Positions 1 through 12,229 of a DNA stretch of 64,000 nucleotides are shown one piece after another. The DNA is from Antedon mediterranea. Lineage: Eukaryota > Animalia > Echinodermata. Both the position numbers and the translations under genes were made by a program. The number at the start of each line of letters is the position of its first letter. Position 1 is the first letter of the stretch. The DNA is taken from positions 8,144,101 through 8,208,100 of the forward strand of contig NC_092677.1 of NCBI RefSeq assembly GCF_964355755.1, in the 5' to 3' direction. The notes beneath the pieces were generated by a model. It was given only the letters and a program-made list of their open reading frames with translations, was not told the DNA's origin and searched no databases.

Positions 1-2402
1 ATGTCAATTGTGCTATAGTAACCAGTTCTATCAAAAAATAAAAAGGTCGAAATTTAACCATTTTTTCCAAAAAATCCCTGTACTAGTACAGGAAAATTTG
101 CGAAAAATGGCCGATATAGGACCCTTTTATTTTTTGACATAAATGGTTACTAATGCATAATAAACATGCGCAGAGACGAATAGTGGGTTCTGCGCATGTC
201 AATTGTACTATGTTAACCAGTTTTGACATAAATGGTTACTATTGCATAATAAACATGCGCAGAGGCGAATAATGGGTTCTGCGCATGTCAATTGTGCTAT
301 AGTAACCAGTTTTATCGAAAAATAAAAAGGTCGAAAATTTGCCATTTTTTGAAAAATCCCTTTTTCGAAAAATGGCCGATTTTCGACCCTTTTATTTTTT
401 GACATAATTGGTTACTATTGCATAATAAACATGCGCAGAGACGAATAATGGGTTCTGCGCATGTCAATTGTGCTATGTTAACCAATTTTGACATAAATGG
501 TTACTATAGTATAATAAATATGCGCAGAGGCAAATAATGGGTTCTGCGCATGTCAATTGTGCTATGGTAACCAGTTTTGACATAAATGGTTATTATAGTC
601 TAATAAACATGCGCAGAGGCGAATAATGGGTTCTGCGCATGTCAATTGTGCTATAGTAACCAGTTTTATCGAAAAATAAAAAGGTCAAAAATTTGCCATT
701 TTTTGAAAAATCCCTGTACTATAGTACAGTGAAATTTTCGAAAAATGGCCGATTTCCGACCCTTTTATTTTTTGACATAAATGGTTACTAATGCATAATA
801 AACATGCGCAGAGACGAATAGTGGGTTCTGCGCATGTCAATTGTGCTATGGTAACCAGTTTTGACATAAATGGTTAATATTGCATAATAAACATGCGCAG
901 AGACGAATAATGAGTTTTGCGCATCTCAATTGTGCTATGGTAACCAGTTTTGACATAAATGGTTACTATTGTATATTAAACATGCGCAGAGGCGAAAAAT
1001 GGGTTCTGCGCATGTCAATTGTGCTATAGTAACCAGTTCTATCAAAAAATAAAAAGGTCGAAATTTAACCATTTTTTCCAAAAAATCCCTGTACTATAGT
1101 ACAGGAAAATTTGCGAAAAATGGCCGATATAGGACCCTTTTATTTTTTGACATAAATGGTTACTAATGCATAATAAACATGCGCAGAGACGAATAGTGGG
1201 TTCTGCGCATGTCAATTGTACTATGTTAACCAGTTTTGACATAAATGGTTACTATTGCATAATAAACATGCGCAGAGGCGAATAATGGGTTCTGCGCATG
1301 TCAATTGTGCTATAGTAACCAGTTCTATCAAAAAATAAAAAGGTCGAAATTTAACCATTTTTTTTCAAAAAATCCCTGTACTATAGTACAGGAAAATTTG
1401 CGAAAAATGGCCGATATAGGACCCTTTTATTTTTTGACATAAATGGTTACTAATGCATAATAAACATGCGCAGAGACGAATAGTGGGTTCTGCGCATGTC
1501 AATTGTACTATGTTAACCAGTTTTGACATAAATGGTTACTATTGCATAATAAACATGCGCAGAGGCGAATAATGGGTTCTGCGCATGTCAATTGTGCTAT
1601 AGTAACCAGTTTTATCGAAAAATAAAAAGGTCGAAAATTTGCCATTTTTTGAAAAATCCCTTTTTCGAAAAATGGCCGATTTTCGACCCTTTTATTTTTT
1701 GACATAAATGGTTACTATTGCATAATAAACATGCGCAGAGACGAATAATGGGTTCTGCGCATGTCAATTGTGCTATGTTAACCAATTTTGACATAAATGG
1801 TTACTATAGTATAATAAATATTCGCAGAGGCTAATAATGGGTTCTGCGCATGTCAATTGTGCTATGTTAACCAATTTTGACATAAATGGTTACTATAGTA
1901 TAATAAATGGGTTCTGCGCATGTCAATTGTGCTATAGTAACCAGTTTTATCGAAAAATAAAAAGGTCGAAAATTTGCCATTTTTTGAAAAATCCCTGTAC
2001 TATAGTACAGGGAAATTATCGAAAAATGACCGATTTTCGACCCTTTTATTTTTTGACATAAATGGTTACTAATGCATAATAAACATGCGCAGAGACAAAT
2101 AGTGGGTTCTGCGCATGTCAATTGTGCGATGGTAACCAGTTTTGACATAAATGGTTACTATTGCATAATAAACATGCGCAGAGACGAATAATGGGTTTTG
2201 CGCATGTCAATTGTGCTATGGTAACCAGTTTTGACATAAATGGTTACTATAGTATAATAAACATGCGCAGAGACGAATAATGGGTTCTGCGCATGTCAAT
2301 TGTGGTATAGTAACCAGTTTTATCGAAAAATAAAAAGGTCGAAAATTTGCCATTTTTTGTACTATAGTACAGGGAAATTTTCGAAAAATGGCAGATTTTC
2401 GA
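1..2402. repeat. Higher-order tandem repeat (satellite): 89-bp palindromic monomer interleaved with a ~87-107-bp palindromic second module
   Basis: GACATAA recurs at 136, 225, 401, 490, 579 (89-bp steps, longer where module B intervenes). Module B is centred on CCCTGTACTATAGTACAGG(G). The ORF translation at 208-405 repeats identically at 1508-1705. The array runs off the left edge. Confidence 0.95.
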
Positions 2403-3278
2403 AAACAACAACAAATGTTGCAAGTAGTTCGTGGTTGGATTTCCGATCATACCAGCAAAAACCATAACTATATAACATGGCTGCAGTCGCGTGCTCAAGT
2501 TAGTGTTTATACCGACCAACCAACCGACCAAAAGACATGAGCTGTAGCAAGCGTCAAGTAGCGGGCCACCAGTAGCATTTTAAACAAGATTAAGAACCAC
2601 ACATATCAAGGTTTATTCATCCACTTACTCCATGGTTTAATCTAAACAGATCTTCACTTTGAATTAGTTACACATACAGACTACAACATCTAATTAAAAT
2701 TTAAAAATGAGTAGATAGAAATAAAAACTAAATTTAAAGTCATCCACAGTCCAAAAAACGAGCCTTATCGTATGAATCTGGTCTTTTATCAAGATGAGAT
2801 GTTTAATGACAGATGTATGGAAATTGAAAATCATCCTGAAATGTCATCATTGAAATTATAATTGTGTCAATAAATATGTATGTACGATGTATACATATAA
2901 TATCAAAAAAATGTTTTAAAACATTTTTATTTAACAATACTTATAATTTTAATATTTTAACAATTAATAGTGAAGAAAATTAGATAAATATTTAATAAAT
3001 ATTAACTATATCATAATAAATACCCTTTATAAATATATTTTTCTTTGCAAGAATAATAAGTGGAATGTAATGAAGGCTTGTTATTTTTGCATTTCTATAA
3101 TTTGTGCTTGCCCATAATGTTAGCATGCACAACATTTTGATATGTATATTTGATACCCATAATTTTTGCGAAAACAGTATGCACTACAGTATGTTAATAA
3201 GCAATTATATTAAAATGTATTTTTTTAGTATTTTATTTTTTTTTTATAGAATATAAATAAAAAAAACTGTGAAATGAA

Positions 3279-6200
3279 TTAAAGTTCATCACGCCAAGAT
3301 TTTTCATTGAGTTGGTAGCTTGGCTCATCTAGCAAACGTGCAACATCCTTGAACATCTCAATGTCTGCTTCAACAATTTGTCTCCGAGTAACAAAGCCCC
3401 GATTACGCTTATCAAAAATGGAGAATGCCTGAAAAGATACAAATACAAAATAAACATTCTCTTATGATTTTAATGGAGCATTATAGTAGTAAAATAGTAA
3501 TAAGAGTATATAATAATAATATATTGTTTTGATTTAGCTTTTTGCTTTCTTTTTGAATATTCATTGAGATCCAGCCACTGATACCAACAGCATTGTTTTT
3601 TTTAGTAATTTGCCTTTGGATTTATAATAATAAAAGTAGTATACATCTGAAACAAAGAGGTTATATAATTAACTAGAGAGTGAACTCCTATGTAAAAAAC
3701 AGTTCAAAAAGTTATTCAGCATGGAGTGAGACCATGAAATATAGCTGCATCACTTTGGCCAATAGATTTGCCAGTTTGAAGTCAGGGCCCTTGGTTACCG
3801 CTACAACGCAACATAAGTACATAAGCGCCACTTAGGTGGGACTGTTCGATTAATTCTTTGCTTGCGATTGGTCAAATTACATGCACTGTGCTTACGCTCT
3901 TGCGAGGCTTCATGAGAATGCAATGCATTAGTCACCTACTAATTTGCCTGTGTTGTGAAAACACCTTCTTATAATATATTATTTTCTTGCTATTAAAAAT
4001 GATGTACTGTTTTTCATATCTTACGTCCTTAGTATTATATACTTATATATATTTAATATACAATAAATAGTTTTAATATTTTTGAACAAAAATATTTGGC
4101 AACAAATTTAGGAAGTCCCGGCCTTGTTGGTAAAACTTCACTGTTCCTAACAAATTATACACACTCTGAACATTGTACTTTATTTTATTAACTTAAGTAT
4201 TCACATATTATTCACTTTCATTCCTTACAATGAAGACACCGTATCTTTAATATGATCTTTTTACATTATTTACCAGGAAAAAATAAATAAATTCAATGAC
4301 TATACCTTCATTGCGTCTGCTCTCAATTCCTTATTTTGTAAATCTGGTTCAAGATCATCCAAAAAATAGTCAGCATAGAAAATCATGAATCTTTCAAATG
4401 ATAGACGGTCGTCTTCTCGTAGAATCTGTAGGAATGACTGGCGGATAGATGCCGGATCCATATAACCCATTTCAATTACCTGGAAAAAAATATAATTATT
4501 AAAGTAGTTTTTTTTATTAGGTATAACAAATCATGAGATAAACATGCAACTTGCCATGGCTTTAGTTTGATAACCAGACCACTTCTAAATCTTAGTAACT
4601 GTTCTATCATGTATTGCATTGTCAAATTAGGACTTACTTGCAGCCTACAAGTTCATCTATAGTAACTACTGATACGTACCTTAACAATAACATTAACACA
4701 TTTATTACCTTGTCTCCCTCCTTGTAAGTCCAAAAGATTGGAACCTGATCCAGTGATGTATATGGGAACTCATTACCACAATCAGTATCGTTGAAATGTG
4801 GTTCAGTAGTGAACAAGATGGCATAAGACATGCTACGTCCGTATGAACGAACTTGATGAAAGTAGCCTAAAAAAAACATGTACAGAAATTTGTAGGTGAA
4901 ATATTTAAGGTCATTACTAAAAGTTAAAGGAATGGCAAAGGCTTCATGAGGGCTACATCTGACAAAGGATGATACAATCTTCAGATGTAGCAGTTGTGCC
5001 AAGTTGGGGTCCAGTTTGTTTCAAGTTGTTGCAGATTTTACTTGCTTGAGCCAAAGTACATTATAGAATAAATGTTGGACTTAAGGCGACACCTCTGAAT
5101 CAGTGTTAGACAGCTCTGTAGCGCAACTGGACCTACAGTTCTTTAATTTATCAGTTCAGATTAAATTGATGGATGAATCGAGTTGGATACAAGCCACATG
5201 CTTACCTGATGGGATAAAGACACAATCTCCGGGCCAGATGGTAGTCCACTGCCACGGTACCTTAGAAAAACCACTGTACTTAAACATATTGATCATCTCA
5301 ACATCAATCTGTGAATACCCAGAACCTGAATCTGGTGACTACACAAAAGAAAAGATATGTTTTGGTTAAAAGTCGATCAGGACATCAATAGAACGAAACC
5401 TGTGGCCGCATTCACCATTCACACTTAGGCTAAGGGAAACACCTTAAAATTAAAAAAATCTCCTACCTAAGTGAATACAGTTTAAGGGAAATACTTACAT
5501 ATTAATTGAGTTAAGTGAAATACTTAATATTCACTTAAGTGTGATTGGTGAATACGGCAACATTGTTTTCTTTTTTGTGTTTAGTGGAAACCAAGAATAT
5601 TAATATGTATTTATTTGTTTTGTTTAAATAAGCAAGCAAATGTTTAACCATGACAATATTTTGTTACAGTTCGGATGATCCATGGCATCATGAATTTGTT
5701 TTTATTTTTTCAACATTTATTTTGATAATAATGGCATAAACAACATATGAGTACAAACTACATGGTAAAATTACTTGCGCCGCGCTTACGTCGTTGAGTT
5801 GTGTGAGAACCATGCTTAAATGCTGAGGTAGGATGGTTCGATTGAGCATTTTAAAATCTTTAAATTACCTTATTTGCAATTTCAAGAAACTTAGAATATT
5901 TTGGATGGATAAAAATAAAATCTTTGCGGCCGTCCAGCAGACAATGGATGTTATGGTCAGCGTCGTAATGCAGGACAGACGATGTACCACCACTGCTCAT
6001 CCAAAAGTTACTTTCTTGAATCAACTTCTTGAATGAACCGCATAGTAAACACTGTGGAACCTGCACAAAAGAAGGTAAAGAAAGTGTAATGTGTTGTAAA
6101 TTATTTCATCATAGAATCGAGAGGGAAAAAATTATAAGTAATTAATTAAACAATTGAAATATGTTGAATTAATTTCACCTGGATTCAAAATATTAAATCT

Positions 6201-9200
6201 GAACACTTTTTCTCTTTGTGCAAAAATCTAATCTAGTCTGGATTGGAAAAGATGGACTTGACTGGAGATGAACAGGGATACACACGATGCACGGAATCAT
6301 ACATGCTTAGTAATCCATCGTCAAAACATACAACACATACAGTAACATCACACTACTGGCCAACTGTATTCAGATGTTTATTTCATATAGTTATACGAAA
6401 TCTGTTCTTCAAATATGTTTAAAAATGTATTGTCTTCTTAAAAAAAAATTGTTGCCATTATAATGTTACATAAAGGTTTAAAAATTGTATCGCAAAAAAA
6501 AAAATTACCTGAAAAACTTTAATTTAAAGCAAAGAAATAGTATAATTGTTTGTCAAACAATGGTTTTGATCAATTTGTTATTCGTTTAATTGATTTCGTC
6601 TATAGAAATTAATAACTTGTTTAGAACTGCAAAAGTCTGATTTTATAAATCGTTATTTTTCAGGGGAAATACATCTTAAAACTTGAATTACAAACAGTAT
6701 CTGTAGATCAAGTTTTTGCAATTGTTATTTACCTTTACATATGATCTCATTTCGTCAGGTAAAACTGTTACAGCATACCAATCCTCCGTCTTATATCCTT
6801 TTAGGAATTCCTTCAATGGCCTAACATTTCGAACAACGTTGGCTCTGTTTTCTTTTTTTAATTCAACTATAACTTGAAGATTTCCAAAACTGAAAATAAA
6901 TCATACATACATGTACATATAATTATTAAATTGTATTATTTGTGTTGAACCAGGGTTTAGAGATGGGTTTCTCTCAAATAAAATTAAGAAAATATTATTT
7001 TTACCTTCGCCTAGGAGGTTTATTTTTGTCTGAGATATTTGTGTGTAGTGTTGTGTATGTTTGTTTGTTTGTTAGCAGGATAAAATAAACACTAAAAGAG
7101 GGACCGAATTTAAAACACAGAGAGTTATGTGGTCACGGATGACTCCATTGAATTTTGGAGACAATTAAAATTCTGGACCATTATTTTACTTAGGCCGTAC
7201 GTCAAAACTACCAACGGATCTTTATCACGATTCTTGATCCTTTTTCTCTTTTTACTCCTGGCATGATTTGATAATCATATAGTATCTAGTACAACTTGGG
7301 CTGTAAAACTGTGTAAGATCCTTTAAATGTTATATAAATTTGTTTAAATAAAGGAAATTTTTTTGTCATTTTTTTGTGGGTTCTTCCCACTTTTATTTAA
7401 TCAAAAAACGTGATAAATATTTAAAAAAACACAAATCTAATATTATATGTGTATACATAATCCACACAATTATAAAATTATATAAATATATTACACATAC
7501 ATGTATACAGTATATGTATACATATGTATATATCTTTATTCTATGGTATATTGAAATTATATATCTGAATCTATAGCGGTATATAAGCAATATTCATAAT
7601 CATTACAATATTTTATTTCTTTGTTTGAAAGAGACCATTGTTTAATTCAATCCAGTGATAATCAATGTTGCATTGATATTTATTTTGTTATTGTCTGGTC
7701 TTTTCTTTTATTGTTTAGGTTATCAGTCATCAAAAAGGAAATCCACAGCTGTTTCAACCTCTTAACTGTTGGTATGGGAATTATAATTGTAAGTACTAGA
7801 TGGTACGCTCGCTTCGCTCGCGTACCATCTAGGTCGTGCCCACAGATGGTTCTCGAATACATAATAATTTCAGCGTTAAAAAACTGGCGATTTCAAATGT
7901 ACGTACCGCAGGACAATAATACATGTCGTTTACAGGAACGAATAAATAGACACTGTGATTTATGTACTCAACTAAAATTAGCACCCTGGGAATTACTTCC
8001 AAAAGAGAAACTTGTCACAAAATGAGACCAATTGTTTAAGTCAAATTTAAACAAACTAAATTTGTGTTTTGTATGTAACATTAGGGTTGAGGGATGGGGA
8101 AGAGGATGGGTGCAAAGGGGAACACTTTTTAAATATATTCTTTATCCATTTAGTAACGAAATATTAATTGTTTTCATGTTTTACAAATAATATACCACTA
8201 CACACAGTAAAACATTGCGATTTAATACTTTGTTGAAGCTATCACCGTCGATTGAAATAGTACAGTACATGTAACGCTACATCACTACGACGTGAATATG
8301 TTTATATAATGTAAAACAATTTGTGAAAACCACCTCTATTCGGGGAAAATCATAAATTCGATTTAATCGTCAATAAATATTAAATTATCTAACTCAACTT
8401 AATTAGTAGGCCTAATGGTTTTCAATTGTTTCTTAGAGCCAATTCATACTTAAGTTGGTTCCTACCCTACCCACCAAAGTTGTTCTGCGTTTAGGGCATG
8501 TGATGTACCGTAGGCCTATCCTCTACTGGTTTTACAACGCTACTCATGCCAGTGAGGGAAGGGTGATGATGTGGGTGGTTTAACTGCAATAATAAAGATG
8601 TGTACATAATATACGGCGAGTGAAAACGCTAGCTCATTATCCGTTTAAAAAAAATTTATATCCAACCTCTGCAGCACAGATTGAAAAAAAAAATGGATCG
8701 AATTTCTGTTATGAGTATACAGTAGTTGCCTTTACGACGCCTGAGGGAATAGACGCTTGTGGAACAGAGATTGGAATGTTTCATTCATCGCAAATCAATA
8801 CATTTGTATAACGTATTTTAAATCTATCAAAATAGTATTTTTTAAAGAAAATCGGCCTGTCTTCAACATTATGATGCTGTACTCGAGCTGTTCAACTGGT
8901 TTTCAGCCATTAAAAACAATTATCGTAGGAGGAGATAGGAAAATGCGAAGCATCCTCGCATTATTGTCTGCGGGTATTTATCAAGACGGACATCCATTAG
9001 ACAGTGTATACCACGATCGAAAAACACCCCTATTTGGGGCAAATCGTTGAACCTAAATTCGTTTTAATCGTCAATAACTAATTATCTAACTCAATTTAAT
9101 TAGTAAACAGGGTTACATCAGGTGGTTAAAATCAGTACCGAAAGTACGAACCAACTTTATATACCATCGAGTAAACATTCTAGAAATAACGCGCGATTTA

Positions 9201-10764
9201 CCGAATTTTGCCCTTACGTAAATTTATATATAGATTACAGGAAATTCATCCACTTTTTTTTAGTTTTTATTCATTTTTATCTTAAACCAACGGCTGTTTC
9301 AACCTCTTCACTGTTGGGATGGGAATTTTAATTTAAGTACAGGAAATTTATAAATTTGTTTTAATTTCTTTATATAAAACTGGTTGATTTTCATCTTAAA
9401 TCAACGTCTGTTTCAACCTCTTCACTGTTTGGTGGGAATTTTAATCTTAATTAGTACAGCTAAATTGCTGTTAGTTTCTTTATATTAAAATGGTTGATTT
9501 TTAATATCTTAATCAATAGCTGATCAATGGTTTCAATATCATCACTGTGAAGATGGGAATTTAAAAAACAAAAAAGGGAAGTTCTTTAAAATAAAACTTA
9601 GTGGATTTTTATATAGTAGGCCAACTGTTTACTCTTTTATAATATCAATGGCATTTTCAGCCACATAAATACGCCTGGTGAGTTTGACCTTAATCAATTC
9701 AACGACGAGCAAAGGCAAATATAAAAAAATTGTCCAATCGTATTGAACCCTAAATTACTATCCACATCACTACGCCAAAGTCAAACTAAACTTACAAAAC
9801 TTTTTTAACTGACCAATCAGGACTTTCTTGACTCTTATATTTTATAATTGTAGGTCAATATATAAGGAACAGAACTTACTTTTCTTCCAAAAAACTATCA
9901 TCCCATTTTTCAAAAGCTAGCGAATCTTTTACTGCTCCTCTCATAACCAATGGTTTCTTTTTACTGACATGAAGATCTGAAAACTCTCTAGGGTGAGGTA
10001 CCACAGGGACTTCCATGACTTTGCCCTCTGCCTTGCGTTGGTAGCCTTAAGATATAAATTAAATATAACATTAATTAGTTTGTATTTTATCACCACTAAC
10101 CCTTGGTTTTGATGTTATATATTTTCAATGGTGCTTAGTGAGTGAGTGGCTGAGTGGTTAAGACAGTGGGACTGTAATACGTAGCCATAATATCGGCAAG
10201 GGTTCAGGCCTCACTAGCTCCATGGTTCTGGTGGTAGAACAAGTCTTCTCGGATAAGGACTATAAACCGTAGGTCCAGTGATACAAAAAATGCTCATTTG
10301 CACTTTTTAAAGAACCTAGTAGTTTAGTACATCTTTCGAGACCAGTAGGGGTTACCCTGGTGTACTGTACTACAGTAGTTTACACAGCCACTGTCAAACA
10401 CAGCCACTACTTAAAAGTAGGCATTCTAGTAGGTCTCTTTCTTAGTTATAATAATAAATTGATTGTGGAACTATGACGATGGAGAGTGTAAGATATTTCC
10501 CTGACCTAGAGAAGAATTGACTGGCCAAAACAGGGAAGGTTCTTTGTCTATGACTTCCGCAGTTTATGATGTTGTGAGTTGTTACTTACCTAATGGTCTT
10601 AAATGACCATCCGGTATCCCAGATCCTGATCTGCTTGATTTGAATTGTACTGGAAATTTGACATCCATTCTCATGTCCTTCGGGAAAGGAACATTACATT
10701 CCACCAACAACATTAGGATACCAATTATACTCAATTGCAAAATTGAACAGTTTTTAACTTCCAT
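3279..10764 (-). CDS. Secretory-pathway JmjC/cupin-like 2-oxoglutarate/Fe(II) oxygenase with degenerate EF-hand and C-terminal RDEL (~434 aa, 8 coding exons)
   Basis: Exons 10764-10590, 10045-9880, 6889-6733, 6060-5869, 5338-5206, 4866-4709, 4479-4306, 3428-3279; all GT-AG, phases compatible, 1305 nt total. Hydrophobic N-terminus (ILQLSIIGILMLLVEC); JmjC motifs KPLVMRGAV..W, SVLHYDADHNIHCLLDGRK, PGDCVFIPSGYFHQV; AFSIFDKRNRGFVT; ends SWRDEL*. Confidence 0.9.
3525..3585 (+). mobile_element. Short fragment of the Penelope-like terminal repeat also found at ~51926-52125
   Basis: TGTTTTGATTTAGCTTTT...CATTGAGATCCAGCCACTGATACC matches the reverse complement of ~51926-51985. Confidence 0.6.
3785..3925. 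mobile_element. Degenerate palindromic MITE (same family as 18487-18620 and 58038-58185)
   Basis: Shares AACGCAA..TAAGCG and GCTTG(C/T)GATTGGTCAAA motifs with the other two copies. Confidence 0.5.
5404..5559. mobile_element. MITE with ~25-bp terminal inverted repeats
   Basis: GGCCGCATTCACCATTCACACTTA ... TAAGTGTGATTGGTGAATACGGC; a related end lies near 14475. Confidence 0.65.
7001..7270 (+). mobile_element. Helentron-associated interspersed element (HINE/DINE-like) remnant
   Basis: Starts TTACCTTCGCCTAGGAGGT (short hairpin), followed by (GTTT)n and GTTAGCAGGAT, the usual layout of these elements. Right boundary uncertain. Confidence 0.5.
7796..9234 (-). mobile_element. Non-autonomous Helitron, copy 1 (intron 2 of the JmjC gene)
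   Basis: On the minus strand: A|TCTATATATA ... hairpin CTAGATGGTACGC/GCGTACCATCTAG ... CTAG|T, with no target-site duplication. Both ends match the copy at 43762-47063. Confidence 0.85.
9280..9565. repeat. Degenerate ~115-bp tandem repeat; a further unit at ~7740-7795 lies on the other side of the Helitron
   Basis: GTTTCAACCTCTT(C/A)ACTGTTGG..GGGAATT at ~7751, ~9296, ~9410 and ~9530. Confidence 0.7.
10139..10400 (+). mobile_element. tRNA-derived SINE
   Basis: A-box TGGCTGAGTGG, B-box-like GGTTCAGGCC, then TCGGATAAGGACTATAAACCGTAGGTCC, which resembles the conserved central domain of Deu/Nin-type SINEs (from recall). Confidence 0.65.
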
Positions 10765-11291
10765 GTTTAAACAATTAGATCTACAGCAAACAAAGTAAAA
10801 TATATTATCTTAGAAAAAAAAGACGCCACTGTAAGTACCGTGAGCTACATGTAATTTCAATCAAAACGTTTTTCGTTTATAATAGAAATTCTCTATAAAA
10901 AAAAACACCTGTAGTTGGCCGAAATTAACTGAGAGAATGACACGATCGCTTAACTAACATGTATGCCACGTGTAGATAGTTTTGTGGTAACATCACCCAT
11001 ATAATACTCTTCCCAATCGATAAAGAATGAACTCATTGTAAGCAGTGAATTATTAGCATGTATTGGAAGGTCATAGCTAGGCCCAGGACCAATGACAAAG
11101 CCGGCACAATCAGTGCACCATGACTCCCCAATCACTGAGCTTCCAGCTGTCATACTCTAGCCTACGATAATCGATTAACATAAAATCGATAAAACACACG
11201 TTCCTCCTCTGTACGTACTGATTGAACATGGTCTAGGCCTACTATTAGATCATTTCTATCGTTTCCTAACAGACATTAGTAGTTAGCTTAC

Positions 11292-11430
11292 TGTGCGGAA
11301 TTTTTTTCCCAAGCCGTTTCCTCTTATCTCTTAAAACTTGCCTTTTTGTTTTGTTTTATGATGTATTGTTGTGTTCGTGACGCATGACTGGGTCTGAATC
11401 CAAACAGTCAACCAATCAGACGCGAGTCTA
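11292..11430 (-). promoter_or_regulatory. Probable 5' non-coding exon and promoter of the JmjC gene
   Basis: Donor-like GTAAGC (minus strand) just below 11292; acceptor TTTGCTGTAG at 10781-10790, 16 nt upstream of the ATG; CCAAT box (ACCAATCAG) at ~11411. Confidence 0.4.
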
Positions 11431-12229
11431 AAAGAAGTTTTTTTTTCAATTACTTTGCCTTAATTACTGAACATTGAGGGCAAAATATCATCATATTTAT
11501 TTATTTTTATTCAAATTCAAAATGTAATAGTCTTACCGCCTATACAATAAAACATCTGAGTATATTTTGGTCTACTGCCTTAGATGTACTACTCTGTTAA
11601 GGTTAGCAAACTTATTTATTTATTTTATTAATTAATTAAAACTAATGAATAAATTATCGCAAAATCATTGAAAATCTCTATGAACATTATACATCTAAGA
11701 TTAAGAATACAAAACCAAATAACAACAATAGTAGTAAAATTGTGTTACTGGAGACCTAACCTTTTCCCTCCGTTTATACGTGAACTTCGATCTGTCATTT
11801 CCTCCATCAGTTTCAACACATCCGGTTATTGCAGTATAATCAGTACACAATTAATGTAAATTCTTTCTGTTTATTGATTTTCCATCCATTTTCAGAATTA
11901 TTATGCGTCCAAATGAATGTAAATGATGCGTTCAGGTTAAAAACCATGATACCTAAAACAGGGTCAACCAATCTTAGGTTTTGGGTCTATAGCTTTCGTG
12001 ATCTTAGGTTTCGTGACACCCATCTAAATACCGACCGAATTAACTAAACAAAACTGCACATAATTATCTTTACATAAACAGGCCTACAAAAGTTATGTAT
12101 ATGGTTGTTAACGTTTTATTATGGGTACGATACAAGAGTTATTATCTACATATAACAAACACTCACGCGCGCGCTAATTGTGTTGTTAGGATCAATCCAA
12201 ATTGATAATTGCTGCCAACCAAATATTTT

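Noticed and set aside
208-2531. Repeated short ORFs, and a superficial CRISPR-like look
   Set aside because: They are translations of the satellite; the 'spacers' are themselves repeated, there are no cas genes and the context is eukaryotic.
10139-10225. tRNA gene
   Set aside because: Has A/B boxes but no cloverleaf and continues into a SINE body.
10950-11153. 67-aa ORF; possible SECIS in the same hairpin
   Set aside because: No recognisable domain; the AUGA/AA/GA spacing and helix pairing do not fit a SECIS.
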